From Luminiphilus sp. (GTDB lineage Bacteria > Pseudomonadota > Gammaproteobacteria > Pseudomonadales > Halieaceae): 64,000 nucleotides of DNA. Location of the stretch: positions 218,470-282,469 of the forward strand of contig CBFHPT010000002.1 in assembly GCA_965657905.1 (NCBI GenBank). Reading direction: 5' to 3'. Positions 1 through 13,402 of this stretch are shown piece after piece. Both the position numbers and the translations under genes were made by a program. Position 1 is the stretch's first letter. Each line of letters begins with the position of its first letter. Below the pieces are notes generated by a model. That model was given only the letters and a program-made list of their open reading frames with translations. It was not told where the DNA came from and ran no database searches.

Positions 1-1132
1 AACCCGTCGTGCCATTAATTTGACCAGCAAAGAACAGCCCGGCAACGGAGCGGGTTTCCAGCGAGTGTTTTAAATCACGCGGATCAAAATAATCGTATTC
101 GATGGCATATCCCGGTCGGATAATGCGCGCGTTCTCGAGACCCTCGATACTCTGAACTAGGGCAAGCTGAATATCGAAGGGCAGGCTTGTCGAAATGCCG
201 TTCGGGTAGAGCTCAGTGGTCGTTAGACCCTCGGGCTCAATGAATATCTGGTGAGAATCCTTGTCGGAAAAACGATGAATCTTGTCTTCGATGCTCGGAC
301 AATACCGAGGGCCAGTGCCTTCGATCACGCCGCTAAATAACGGTGAACGATCAAGGCCGGTTCGAATAATGTCGTGTGTGCGCGCATTAGTTTTAGTAAT
401 CCAGCAGCAAACCTGTTCAGGGTGATTTGCTACGGAGCCAGTCAGTGACATCACTGGTCGGGGTGTATCCCCCCATTGCTCCGTCATCACAGAAAAGTCT
501 ACCGACCGCGCATCAATGCGAGGGGGGGTGCCAGTCTTGAGGCGTCCCGTGCGTGGACACAATTCACGGAGTCTATCGGCCAAAGTGACTGCTGCAGGAT
601 CACCTGCTCGCCCCCCCTCGGAATTCTCAAGGCCAACATGGATCTTGCCGCGCAGGAAAGTGCCGGCTGTGAGCACCACCGAGTTGGCATGGAACGTCAG
701 TTGGGTTTGCGTCACCACCCCAACAACCCGCGTTCCGTCAAGGAGTACGTCGTCTACCGCGTCTTGAAACACATCCAACAACGGCTGATTTAGCAATTGC
801 TCTCGAATAGCGTTTCGGTACAACACCCGATCCGCCTGCGCCCTTGTGGCGCGAACAGCCGGACCTTTACGGGCATTGAGAACGCGAAATTGGATACCCG
901 CTTTGTCAGTGGCTTTCGCCATTGCGCCGCCCAGCGCATCAATTTCTCTAACGAGGTGGCTCTTTCCGATACCGCCAATCGCTGGGTTGCAAGACATTTG
1001 CCCGAGCGTATCGATCGTGTGAGTCAGCAGCAGCGTAGCGGCGCCACTGCGCGCAGCAGCGAGGGCCGCTTCGGTTCCCGCGTGTCCGCCGCCAATCACG
1101 ATGACGTCATAGTGTTTCGGATAAATTGCCAC
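1..1132 (-). CDS. mnmG: tRNA uridine 5-carboxymethylaminomethyl modification enzyme MnmG (GidA), N-terminal ~377 codons; the 3' end lies beyond the window start
   Basis: Absent from the ORF track because it runs off the window. Reverse translation from the GTG at 1132-1130 gives (M)[68 protein letters not shown]... This is the FAD-binding GxGxxG N-terminus and conserved core of MnmG. It lies downstream of mnmE, as in Pseudomonas-type origin regions. Confidence 0.93.
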   Translation of the reverse strand, partial: MAIYPKHYDVIVIGGGHAGTEAALAAARSGAATLLLTHTIDTLGQMSCNPAIGGIGKSHLVREIDALGGAMAKATDKAGIQFRVLNARKGPAVRATRAQADRVLYRNAIREQLLNQPLLDVFQDAVDDVLLDGTRVVGVVTQTQLTFHANSVVLTAGTFLRGKIHVGLENSEGGRAGDPAAVTLADRLRELCPRTGRLKTGTPPRIDARSVDFSVMTEQWGDTPRPVMSLTGSVANHPEQVCCWITKTNARTHDIIRTGLDRSPLFSGVIEGTGPRYCPSIEDKIHRFSDKDSHQIFIEPEGLTTTELYPNGISTSLPFDIQLALVQSIEGLENARIIRPGYAIEYDYFDPRDLKHSLETRSVAGLFFAGQINGTTG

Positions 1133-1559
1133 GTCGCTACCTGAAGTTTGGAACTGAATCCATGTGACTCTCAAAAATGGCTGGCAAGTATACGTCCACA
1201 ATGGTTAAGCACAAACCGTACTTGTACCGAGCCCATCGAAGCCAAACAGCGCTCTAACAAAAGTTATTCAACTGATTAAGTTAAAATTAAATATATATTG
1301 AGAGTAAGTAAGATATATAAATGTAGTTATTGTTAGGGACGCCCGTTTTTGGGGATAACCCGCGTCAACCTAATGTCCGCTTGCTACAGCGTCGGGGACA
1401 ACCACAGGTATTGATGACCGTTAGCCCTTGTAGGAGCTGTGTATGGTTTGTTCACAACCTTGGCTGAAAAAACAAAGTGATTCTGTCCAAAATCCATCCA
1501 CAGGGTTTGGAGGGAACTATTCAGGGGATATATCGCTAGTTGAGTCGTCGAGATGCCAA
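1133..1559. other. mnmG-mnmE intergenic spacer (427 bp) with an AT-rich island and DnaA-box-like 9-mers; it may be the mnmG promoter region or a secondary oriC-type candidate
   Basis: Positions 1261-1335 are about 83% A+T by hand count (13 G/C in 75 nt). TGGGGATAA at 1350-1358 matches 8/9 of TGTGGATAA. TTGTTCACA at 1448-1456 and CCATCCACA at 1494-1502 each match 7/9 of TTATCCACA. There is no GATC in the spacer. Confidence 0.35.
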
Positions 1560-2924
1560 CTATTTACCAATACAGAAGCTGCTAAATATTTCACCAAGTA
1601 CCTCATCGTTGGTTACTTTGCCCGTGATGTCACCAAGGTGGTCGTGGGCTAGTCGCAAATCCTCTGCCAGTAGTTCGCCAGCACCGGATGCTAAAAACTG
1701 CGTCTCAGCAGTGCTCAAAGTATTGAGGGCTCGATCAAGTGCGGTGAGATGTCGTTCTCGCGCACTGAAAAGCGATTCAGCGCCACTTTCCAAGCCTATT
1801 GCTTCAAGTATTGCCTGTTTGAGTTCGGCGATGCCGGCACCTGTGGCATTACTTATAGCCACTGATGGTGTGGCTTCGATCGCAGACGCCGCATAAAAAC
1901 CGGCGTCACGGCCGCTAAGATCAATTTTAGTGAGAACAAGTAAATGGGGGCCGGTTGCCGATATTGATTCGTGCTCCTGCTCTCCTTTTGGCTCTGTATC
2001 GTCGATCAGCTCCAAGGTGAGATCAGCCTCAGCAATCGCTTTGTGAGCCCGGCGGATTCCCTCTTGTTCAATAGCGTCACTCGAGGTGCGAAGGCCCGCG
2101 GTGTCGGTAATCCTAAGGGGGACACCATCAAGTTCAATGTATTCGCGGACAATATCCCGGGTAGTTCCAGGTTGATCCGTGACGATTGCGATCGCATCAC
2201 CTGCCAGTTGATTAAGCAGGCTGCTTTTTCCAGCGTTGGGCTTACCGGCTAGAACCACTGTCGCACCAGATCGAAATATGGCGCCTTGTTTAGCACTGCG
2301 CCTGAGTGTTCTGGCTTGATTGAGTATTTCAGTGAGTCGCCCGGCAACACTGTCTTCGGCCAAAAAATCGATTTCCTCTTCAGGGAAGTCAATGGCTGCT
2401 TCAACCAACATTCGAAGCTGAAGTAATTCTTGAGCAATTTTGCCCACAGACTTTGAAAATGTCCCCCGCAAGGAGGCTTGTGCTTGTCGTGCGGCTGACT
2501 GGGTCTGAGCGTTGATAAGGTCGGAAATGGCTTCAGCTTGAACCAAGTCAAGTTTGTCGTTGAGGTAGGCGCGTTCTGAAAATTCACCGGCGCGTGCCTG
2601 CCGAGCGCCTAAGTTCAGGCACCGTTCGAGCAGCATGGCGAGCACCACAGGCCCTCCATGCCCTTGAAGTTCGATCACATCTTCGCCGGTAAACGATCCG
2701 GGGGCCGGAAAGTAAAGTGTTAGCCCATCGTCAATAACCGAATCGTCTTCAGCCATGAAGCGACAATAGTGAGCGTAGCGCGGTTTGAATGTAGATCGTC
2801 CGGTTAGCGCTGCTGCAATTGCCTGGGATTGATTACCTGAAAGACGTATGACGCCAATACCACCGCGTCCGGGTGCAGTCGTTATGGCAGCGATGGTATC
2901 GGTATCGATCGGACGCAGTGTCAT
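1560..2924 (-). CDS. mnmE: tRNA modification GTPase MnmE (TrmE)
   Basis: ORF 1560..2969. The likely start is the ATG at 2924 (MTLRPIDTDTIAAITTAPGRGGIGVIRLSG, a typical MnmE N-terminus). It has the G1 motif GKPNAGKSSLLN and the hallmark C-terminal CIGK. An alternative TTG start lies at 2969. Confidence 0.93.
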   Translation of the reverse strand: MTLRPIDTDTIAAITTAPGRGGIGVIRLSGNQSQAIAAALTGRSTFKPRYAHYCRFMAEDDSVIDDGLTLYFPAPGSFTGEDVIELQGHGGPVVLAMLLERCLNLGARQARAGEFSERAYLNDKLDLVQAEAISDLINAQTQSAARQAQASLRGTFSKSVGKIAQELLQLRMLVEAAIDFPEEEIDFLAEDSVAGRLTEILNQARTLRRSAKQGAIFRSGATVVLAGKPNAGKSSLLNQLAGDAIAIVTDQPGTTRDIVREYIELDGVPLRITDTAGLRTSSDAIEQEGIRRAHKAIAEADLTLELIDDTEPKGEQEHESISATGPHLLVLTKIDLSGRDAGFYAASAIEATPSVAISNATGAGIAELKQAILEAIGLESGAESLFSARERHLTALDRALNTLSTAETQFLASGAGELLAEDLRLAHDHLGDITGKVTNDEVLGEIFSSFCIGK

Positions 2925-2943
2925 TGGGCTTGGGGTAGCTTGA

Positions 2944-4689
2944 TCAGGTTTTGAGGCCTTCGCGCTCAATTCCCCGGGTAATAATCCATTGTTGGGTCAT
3001 AGACAGGAGGTTGTTCACAACCCAATACAGTACCAGTCCGGCAGGGAACCAGAGGAAGAAGAAAGTAAAGATCACCGGTAACCACTGCATAATTTTTGCC
3101 TGCATCGGGTCGGGCGGTGGTGGGTTTAGCTTCTGCATGAAAAACATCGAAGCGCCCATCAAAATAGGCAGTACGAAATAAGGGTCCATGACAGATAGGT
3201 CTTGAATCCAGAGAGCAAACGGCGCTTGGCGAAGCTCGACGGATTCCATCAACACCCAATACAGCGCAATAAATACCGGCATTTGGATGAGAATCGGTAG
3301 GCAGCCCCCCATCGGATTGATTTTTTCTTTCTTATACAGCTCCATCATCGCTTGAGATTGCTTTTGCTTGTCGTCGGCATACTGTTCGCGAATGTTTTGC
3401 ATCTTCGGTTGAACTTTGCGCATCTTGGCCATGGAGCGGTAGCTCGTGGCCGAAAGCTTAAAGAATGCACCTTTTACTAACACGGTGAGCAGAATGATGG
3501 CGACGCCCCAGTTCTGAACAACACTTTGAATTTGAGTTAGTAGCCAGAAAAGCGGTTTGCCGATCCACCAAAGCCAGCCGTAGTCGACGGTTAATTCAAG
3601 GTATGGGGAAACTTCTTCTAGTACGTACTGGTCTTTGGGGCCAACGTATAATTCAACGTTGTATAACGCGATGCTTTGGGGCTCGACCGTGATGGCAGGG
3701 CTGGTAAATCCAGCGATATTGAATCCGGCAGCGGTTTGCCGCGTCGAATACGTGTGGCTTTGTTCTTGTGAAGGTACCCAGGCCGTGACGAAGTAGTGCT
3801 GCATCAGCGCTATCCACCCCCCAGGAAGGTTCGCTTTCCAGGGATCGTCAGCAATGTCGCCAAACGTGAATTTTTTGAATCGGTCATCAGGGGTGGTGGT
3901 AGCTGCCCCTAGAAACGGTTGCATGCCAAAGCCGCTGGTATCCGCTTCGGGAGGCTGACTGCTGTCCCGCTTTAACTGTGCAAAGGGCACTGCCTGCCAG
4001 CGGTTGGAGCCATTGTTGCGAATCTCATATTCGAGCTCGATTAAGTAACTACCCGGCGAAAACGTGTAGCGTTTTTCAATATCGACAGCATTTGCTGTAT
4101 CGCGGGTCGTCAGCACGACGGTCTGTGCACCGCTACCAGAGAGGCGATAGGAATTTTGTGCTGTTGTGTACATCGCCCGCTTCGGACTGTCGATGCCGTC
4201 AGGGCCAACGAGGCCACTTTGAGCGATGTAGGTTCGCGTATTGTTTTGCTCGAGCAGCACAAAAGGTACGTTGGGTTGCTCGATGTTATCGGGGAATTCA
4301 GGCAGTGCTGCTTCGATAATGTCGCCGCCCTGTAAATCAATGACCACAACAAGGTAATCGGTGGTGACGGTGACCAAGCGATTACTGTCTGTGGCGGTTT
4401 CGGGAGCTTTTTGTTCCCCAGCTGCTACGTTGGTAATGGTTGGAATGTCATCTGAGACAGCTGCTGAGGTATTTTCGGTGGTAGTTGCTTCACCCAAGGT
4501 ATCCAGTACCTGACCGTCATTGTTCATAGCCGTGTTGGACGAGGGGGTGGGTTCTTCAAAGCTCGTTCCCGCCAGGCGCGATCGATCTTGGCTTTCGGTG
4601 CGTTCTTCCTTAAAGCTGGTCCACTCACCAAGAAGCATGATAACGAGCGCCGCACTGGCAGCAATGAGGAGGTAACGGGGGATGTCCAT
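2944..4689 (-). CDS. yidC: membrane protein insertase YidC
   Basis: A 581-aa ORF with an N-terminal TM segment, a large periplasmic domain and the conserved C-terminal Oxa1/YidC core (GCLPILIQMPVFIALY). It sits in the conserved position between yidD and mnmE. Confidence 0.95.
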   Translation of the reverse strand: MDIPRYLLIAASAALVIMLLGEWTSFKEERTESQDRSRLAGTSFEEPTPSSNTAMNNDGQVLDTLGEATTTENTSAAVSDDIPTITNVAAGEQKAPETATDSNRLVTVTTDYLVVVIDLQGGDIIEAALPEFPDNIEQPNVPFVLLEQNNTRTYIAQSGLVGPDGIDSPKRAMYTTAQNSYRLSGSGAQTVVLTTRDTANAVDIEKRYTFSPGSYLIELEYEIRNNGSNRWQAVPFAQLKRDSSQPPEADTSGFGMQPFLGAATTTPDDRFKKFTFGDIADDPWKANLPGGWIALMQHYFVTAWVPSQEQSHTYSTRQTAAGFNIAGFTSPAITVEPQSIALYNVELYVGPKDQYVLEEVSPYLELTVDYGWLWWIGKPLFWLLTQIQSVVQNWGVAIILLTVLVKGAFFKLSATSYRSMAKMRKVQPKMQNIREQYADDKQKQSQAMMELYKKEKINPMGGCLPILIQMPVFIALYWVLMESVELRQAPFALWIQDLSVMDPYFVLPILMGASMFFMQKLNPPPPDPMQAKIMQWLPVIFTFFFLWFPAGLVLYWVVNNLLSMTQQWIITRGIEREGLKT

Positions 4690-4727
4690 AAGTTAGCGTC
4701 TGTCAGTGTAGGTCAGGGTTTTTGGGT

Positions 4728-4976
4728 TCAGTCTTCAGGGACGGGATCATACCCGCCCTCATGCCAAGGATGACACCGTCCAATGCGAAGAATGGTAAGC
4801 CATGTGCCTTTAATGGCGCCAAATCGTTCGATTGCCTGTTCTCCATAGTGAGAGCAGGTTGGCTCGAACCTGCAAGCTCGCCCCAACCATGGACTTAAGA
4901 CCAACCGATAACCGCGGATGATCAGTAACAACAATTGTCTTGGGAGGTTTAGGATTATCTGGACGAATGCCTGCAT
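4728..4976 (-). CDS. yidD: membrane protein insertion efficiency factor YidD
   Basis: An 82-aa ORF with the YidD signature RGYRLVLSPWLGRACRFEPTCSHYGEQAIERFG, located between rnpA and yidC. Confidence 0.9.
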   Translation of the reverse strand: MQAFVQIILNLPRQLLLLIIRGYRLVLSPWLGRACRFEPTCSHYGEQAIERFGAIKGTWLTILRIGRCHPWHEGGYDPVPED

Positions 4977-5114
4977 TTCAAATTACCTCATTAACTGCTA
5001 CGGCCAATGGTAGATCACTGGGCTGTGCAAAGTGGCGGGGTAAGAGTTCGCAGGGCCGGGGTTCGCAGGGCGAGTTCTCGTGGGACAAGTTTTTGCAGGA
5101 CAAGGGTTGGCGAA

Positions 5115-5480
5115 TCATGATTGGGCGAGCTGCTTATCGAGCTTGACCCATAGGCGGTCGAGCTCGGTGCGGATGTCTTCGTTTGATAAATCGGCAATGC
5201 CTTTGCGAGCAATAAAAACCAAATCTCTTGGATCGCGCAGCGGATTGCAGCGGAAGTACTCTCTAACTTGCCGCTTAATGCGATTGCGTTGAGCGGCGAG
5301 GCGAACGTGCTTTTTTGCGACAACCAACCCCAAGCGGGACTGATTGGAGGCTGAGTCTAAGGATAACAGCAACGCATAGCGACAGGACGCTCTCGCCTGA
5401 TTGCGATCAAATACCTGTTTAAACTGGTATTGGGTAAGTAAGCGCGCTGCACGGGTGAAGGGCTGTCCAAAAGAAGCCAT
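5115..5480 (-). CDS. rnpA: ribonuclease P protein component
   Basis: ORF 5115..5492. The ATG at 5480 is preceded by GAGG with a 6-nt spacing. The protein is basic and carries the RNR-type motif (KKHVRLAAQRNRIKRQVRE). It lies immediately downstream of rpmH. Confidence 0.9.
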   Translation of the reverse strand: MASFGQPFTRAARLLTQYQFKQVFDRNQARASCRYALLLSLDSASNQSRLGLVVAKKHVRLAAQRNRIKRQVREYFRCNPLRDPRDLVFIARKGIADLSNEDIRTELDRLWVKLDKQLAQS

Positions 5481-5508
5481 TGGCAGCCTCAACCCGTTAA
5501 CTCAAATC

Positions 5509-5643
5509 TTAAGCCGACAGTTTGCGCCGACCGCGGGCTCGACGACGGGCGATAACTTGGCGGCCGCCTTTGGTAGCCATACGAGCACGGAAACCGTGGG
5601 TGCGCTTGCGCTTGATAACGCTTGGTTGGAATGTACGTTTCAT
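5509..5643 (-). CDS. rpmH: 50S ribosomal protein L34
   Basis: Too short for the ORF track. Hand translation of the minus strand gives [44 protein letters not shown], 44 aa, the canonical L34 sequence. Confidence 0.95.
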   Translation of the reverse strand: MKRTFQPSVIKRKRTHGFRARMATKGGRQVIARRRARGRRKLSA

Positions 5644-5870
5644 GTCTCAACAACCTACAGTGAGATGGAATCAAAGGGGCGCGGAGTATAGAGAGGTCTG
5701 GGCATGCTTTCAAGCCCGCGGCAGCATAAGTCTTGTGACTTAAAAAAGCTAACAATTTGTTGATGTGGGCCGTCGCTAACCTATTTGGCCCTGTGTCTGC
5801 TGGGCTGTTGCCAGTAGATCGCGGTTAGCTGGTGAACATGAGCAGAGCTTATCTTAAAGATGTTAACAAC

Positions 5871-5998
5871 TTATCCACAACCTAAGTCGACAGAGGGGTT
5901 GAAACTCTACAGATTATTCTATAAGCGGATTTTTTTTTTTAAGTATCTGTTTTATATGTAGAAATAAAGCTTTGCAGTTTCTTTTTGTTTGTGGATAA
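5871..5998. promoter_or_regulatory. dnaA upstream control region and oriC candidate: two perfect DnaA boxes in inverted orientation bracketing an AT-rich tract
   Basis: TTATCCACA lies at 5871-5879 and TGTGGATAA (the same box on the other strand) at 5990-5998. Between them is AT-rich DNA that includes a T11 run at 5930-5940 and the sequence aagtatctgttttatatgtagaaataaagc. Confidence 0.6.
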
Positions 5999-6063
5999 CT
6001 AAGCCGATCACATTGTTAATAAGTTTTTCCAGCGCGCAGCGCGCTTGGATTTCGGAGAACACC

Positions 6064-7671
6064 TTGTCAGTTAGTCAGTCTAATGCGGATGTTTGGCAGT
6101 ATTGCCTTACCCGTTTACGGGATGAATTGCCCACCCAACAGTTTAATACTTGGATTCGCCCTCTCCGGGGGGTCGACAGCGATGAGGGCTTAGTCCTTGG
6201 CGCGCCCAATCGCTTCATTCGTGATTTTGTGGAAGACAAATTCGGAGCGATGATTGCTAATTTTTTGCAGGAAGTGTCAGGGGGCAACGGAATCAGCGTC
6301 AATATTCTAGTGGCCGAGCAACAGCCTGCGTTTCGCAGCAACCTTTCCAGTGACCCGGGCAATAACCAAGCTGCCTTAGCTTCGACGTCTCGCCACAACG
6401 ATGATTTGCGAGGTTTGCCCGAAATGGGGCGCGGCGGGTTGGCTACTGTGACGCCTTTGAATTCTTCGGCAAAACTTTCCCCCGAAAGACAGCATGACTT
6501 AAGTGGTAATTTGCCGGGGTCGCGAGGAGTGGGTGCCGAGCAGCATTTTGATGGCCGAACGCCCTCACCTGTAAGCGAGCATCGCCCAGCGTTATCTGGC
6601 TATACAACTGCGTCGAAATCACCGGTGGTTCAGTCGGTTGCGCCGTCTCATCAACACAATCTCGTTGAGGGATATACCTTTTCAAGTTTTATCGAGGGTA
6701 AAAGTAATCAGCTGGCACTGGCTGCCGCCCAACAGGTCGCGGAAAACCCTGGTGATTCTTACAACCCCTTATTTCTGTATGGGGGCGTAGGTTTGGGTAA
6801 AACCCACCTAATGCATGCGATTGGAAACGCGCTGTTGCGCGATAAGCCTGACGCGAAGATAGTTTATCTGCACTCCGAGCGGTTTGTCGCGGACATGGTA
6901 AAGGCCTTGCAGCTGAATGCGATCACTGAGTTCAAGCGTTACTACCGATCTGTTGATGCGTTGTTGATTGACGATATTCAGTTTTTTGCCAACAAAGACC
7001 GCTCACAAGAAGAGTTTTTCCATACGTTTAACGCGTTACTCGAAGGGGGCCAGCAGATGATCCTCACCTGTGATCGTTATCCAAAGGAAATAAATGGGCT
7101 CGAGGAGCGTTTGAAGTCGCGATTTGGCTGGGGTTTGACGGTGGCCGTTGAGCCTCCCGAGTTAGAAACCCGCGTCGCTATCCTGATGAAGAAAGCCGAG
7201 CAGTCAAATATTGATCTTGCGCCGGAGTCTGCTTTTTTTATTGCCCAGCGTATCCGATCAAATGTTCGGGAGCTCGAGGGAGCATTAAAGCGAGTAATTG
7301 CCAGCGCCAACTTCACTGGCCGACCGCTGGATATTGACCTCATCAAAGACAGCCTCAAAGACCTTTTGGCACTGCAGGACAAGCAGATTAGCCTCGATAA
7401 CATCAAGCGAACCGCCGCTGAATACTACAAGATCAAAGTATCAGATTTGCTGTCAAAGCGGCGCAGTCGATCGATTGCGCGGCCCCGCCAAATGGCGATG
7501 GCCCTGGCAAAAGAGCTCACAAATTACAGTCTTCCTGAGATTGGTGATGCTTTTGGTGGTCGAGACCACACGACAGTGCTTCACGCTTGTCGTAAGATTA
7601 AGGAACTTCGTGAAACGAGTTCCGATATTCGCGAGGATTACAAGAATCTACTGCGCTCATTGACGACCTGA
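6064..7671 (+). CDS. dnaA: chromosomal replication initiator protein DnaA
   Basis: ORF 5989..7671. The likely start is the TTG at 6064, preceded by GGAGA, giving (M)[33 protein letters not shown]. It has the Walker A motif [10 protein letters not shown] and the C-terminal DNA-binding motif [12 protein letters not shown]. The linker domain II is long and of low complexity. Confidence 0.95.
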   Translation: MSVSQSNADVWQYCLTRLRDELPTQQFNTWIRPLRGVDSDEGLVLGAPNRFIRDFVEDKFGAMIANFLQEVSGGNGISVNILVAEQQPAFRSNLSSDPGNNQAALASTSRHNDDLRGLPEMGRGGLATVTPLNSSAKLSPERQHDLSGNLPGSRGVGAEQHFDGRTPSPVSEHRPALSGYTTASKSPVVQSVAPSHQHNLVEGYTFSSFIEGKSNQLALAAAQQVAENPGDSYNPLFLYGGVGLGKTHLMHAIGNALLRDKPDAKIVYLHSERFVADMVKALQLNAITEFKRYYRSVDALLIDDIQFFANKDRSQEEFFHTFNALLEGGQQMILTCDRYPKEINGLEERLKSRFGWGLTVAVEPPELETRVAILMKKAEQSNIDLAPESAFFIAQRIRSNVRELEGALKRVIASANFTGRPLDIDLIKDSLKDLLALQDKQISLDNIKRTAAEYYKIKVSDLLSKRRSRSIARPRQMAMALAKELTNYSLPEIGDAFGGRDHTTVLHACRKIKELRETSSDIREDYKNLLRSLTT

Positions 7672-7722
7672 CAGTCAGGTGTTTTGGGCGCGAGCTGTCT
7701 TTAGCTTGGAGCGACCCGGATA

Positions 7723-8820
7723 ATGAAATTTAGTATTTCGCGCGATGCATTAATCAAACCTCTTAATTTGGTGGCTGGCGTCGTTGAACGGCGTCAAACC
7801 CTCCCGATTTTGTCCAATGTGCTACTGAGCCTTGAGGGCAAGCAGCTCGCATTGACGGGTACCGACCTTGAAGTCGAGCTGGTCGGTCGGGTTGAGTTGG
7901 ATGTCGAAGGAGTCGACGGTGACGTGACGGTGCCAGCCAGAAAGCTGGTAGATATCTGTAAGTCGTTGCCGGATAGTTCCGTAATAGAATTTTCTGTGGA
8001 AGGCGGGAAAGCCACTGTTAAAGCGGGTCGCAGCCGATTTACCCTTTCCACATTACCGGCCTCTGAGTTCCCGTCGGTAGAAGAGGGTGCTGGTGAGCTT
8101 GCCTTGGAGCTACCCCAAGCAGTGGTGAAGCGGCTGATTGATCGCACGGCGTTCGCAATGGCGCAACAGGATGTTCGCTACTACTTAAATGGCATGCTGC
8201 TCGAATTGAAGTCGGGCCGACTACGTATGGTGGCGACCGATGGTCATCGCCTGGCCTTGTGCACCGCACCCGATCCCGTTGATGCGGGTGATGCAACAGT
8301 AATTGTTCCCCGCAAAGGTGTGTTGGAGCTGGCGCGTCTGCTCGAAGGCGATGAAAATGTACGTTTAGTGATTGGTAGTAACCACGTTCGAGCAGCGAAT
8401 CGCCAATTTACGTTTACCTCAAAATTGGTTGATGGGAAATTTCCTGAATATGAACGAGTTTTGCCGAAATCACCCGACAAGTCGGTGATTGGTAATCGTC
8501 TCGAGTTGAAGCAGGCGTTTACACGAACGGCTATTTTGTCTAATGAAAAATACCGTGGTGTTCGCTTGAAGCTGAGCAGCGATAGCTTGGAAATCACCGC
8601 GAATAACCCCGAGCAGGAGCAGGCGGAAGAAGTAGTTACCGTGGAATACCAGGGCACTGAGCTCGAAGTTGGCTTCAATGTGAGTTACTTGCTTGATGTA
8701 TTGTCGGTTCTGAATGGTGATCGAGTTCGCTTGTCCCTGGCAGATTCGGCAAGTAGCGCACTGGTTGAAGAGGCCGACGGCGGTGATTCGGTTTATGTTG
8801 TTATGCCGATGAGGCTGTGA
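7723..8820 (+). CDS. dnaN: DNA polymerase III beta sliding clamp
   Basis: A 365-aa ORF with N-terminus MKFSISRDALIKPLNLVAGVVERRQTLPILSNVLL and C-terminus VVMPMRL, typical of DnaN. It follows dnaA. Confidence 0.96.
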   Translation: MKFSISRDALIKPLNLVAGVVERRQTLPILSNVLLSLEGKQLALTGTDLEVELVGRVELDVEGVDGDVTVPARKLVDICKSLPDSSVIEFSVEGGKATVKAGRSRFTLSTLPASEFPSVEEGAGELALELPQAVVKRLIDRTAFAMAQQDVRYYLNGMLLELKSGRLRMVATDGHRLALCTAPDPVDAGDATVIVPRKGVLELARLLEGDENVRLVIGSNHVRAANRQFTFTSKLVDGKFPEYERVLPKSPDKSVIGNRLELKQAFTRTAILSNEKYRGVRLKLSSDSLEITANNPEQEQAEEVVTVEYQGTELEVGFNVSYLLDVLSVLNGDRVRLSLADSASSALVEEADGGDSVYVVMPMRL

Positions 8821-8857
8821 GCCCACAATTTCTGCCATACCCAGCGTAATTGATAAC

Positions 8858-12414
<3,557 letters not shown>

Positions 12415-12490
12415 TTAGCGCTCAGTTGACGCTTGTATGGCAACAAAAGCCATCACAACGTGTCGCTTGTATGCACTTTACCCGCAAAGA

Positions 12491-13390
12491 TCACGCCGCA
12501 TGGTTGGCAGCGATAGCCTGCCACGCCTGTTCCACCAGATCGTTAGCGTGCCGGTCTCGGACAGCGCAGCAGATGTTGTATCGGATTTTCGAACTTAGTT
12601 TGATTAAAGCCAACCGCCCTGAAGCGAGTGCATCTTCCAATTGGGCGAAAGTGCCCGCTGTTATGATGTCTGTGGTGGCCGCTAGGGAGATGAGCGTTTG
12701 GTAATCGTCGCATTCAATTTTCGGAGTTGTCGGGTGATCCTGCAGCCCGGCATCTTTTAAGGCTGCTTTAAAGGTTGTTTGCCAGTATCGATGAATGTGT
12801 GGCAACGCCAGCGACCTCTGGAGCAATTCAGCGAATGAATAGGGCCCCCCTTCGTGGATCGGATTGGCGGGCCGCGCTGCAAATAGCACTTCGCGCTTTT
12901 CCAACACCATCACCTTGATATCATCAAAGGCGGTGGTGTGGGTTAGGTCCCCGATGAACAAATCTAACTCTCCATTACGAAGTTGCTGAATCGGCTCCCC
13001 GTGAGCAGTGACAATTAAATTAGCGCTTATCTCGGGTTTCTCCCCTAACAACCCCCGAAGTATTGGTAACAACACCGTGTGTGTCGCAAGAGGTCCACAG
13101 CACACCCTCAGCGACTGGTGACTTTTCCCCTTAATTAGCGCGAGCTTCTGTTCGAAATCAGCCGCAGCTAAATCGAGCTCTTTGCACGCTTCTAGAAGTT
13201 GTGCACCGCGATTTGTGAGGGTTGTCGTAAGCCGATTTCTATCGAAGATTGAAAAACCGCACTCATCTTCAGCCCGCTGCACCAACCGAGTAAGTTTGAC
13301 TGGCGTAATGCCTAATGTTGCAGCGGTACTTTTAAAGCCACCAATGGAGGAGAGGGCGATGATGGCGCTTAGCGTGTCTTTGGAGAGCAC
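12491..13390 (-). CDS. LysR-family transcriptional regulator
   Basis: A 299-aa ORF with a GTG start. It has an N-terminal wHTH (FKSTAATLGITPVKLTRLVQRAE) and a LysR substrate-binding-type C-terminal part. It is divergent from the DUF4345 and sulfatase genes. Confidence 0.85.
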   Translation of the reverse strand: MLSKDTLSAIIALSSIGGFKSTAATLGITPVKLTRLVQRAEDECGFSIFDRNRLTTTLTNRGAQLLEACKELDLAAADFEQKLALIKGKSHQSLRVCCGPLATHTVLLPILRGLLGEKPEISANLIVTAHGEPIQQLRNGELDLFIGDLTHTTAFDDIKVMVLEKREVLFAARPANPIHEGGPYSFAELLQRSLALPHIHRYWQTTFKAALKDAGLQDHPTTPKIECDDYQTLISLAATTDIITAGTFAQLEDALASGRLALIKLSSKIRYNICCAVRDRHANDLVEQAWQAIAANHAA

Positions 13391-13402
13391 TTTTCACTCT
13401 TA

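Noticed and set aside
476-1144. Several 60-115-aa ORFs in the first 1.1 kb (476..793, 516..767, 797..1144 and others)
   Set aside because: The region is fully explained by the minus-strand mnmG coding sequence, which the ORF track omits because it runs off the window.
5989-6063. N-terminal 25-codon extension of the dnaA ORF in the track ([25 protein letters not shown]...)
   Set aside because: The extension starts inside the DnaA box TGTGGATAA (5990-5998) and has no similarity to DnaA N-termini. The TTG at 6064 has a GGAGA Shine-Dalgarno sequence and gives the conserved [24 protein letters not shown] N-terminus.
12430-12473. 10-bp direct repeat CGCTTGTATG (12430-12439 and 12464-12473) after gyrB, considered as a possible island boundary or att duplication for the LysR-sulfatase insert
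   Set aside because: No matching copy exists at the other end of the insert (15800-15947), and no integrase or mobility gene is present. It more likely flanks a weak gyrB terminator hairpin (ATGGC-aacaaaa-GCCAT).
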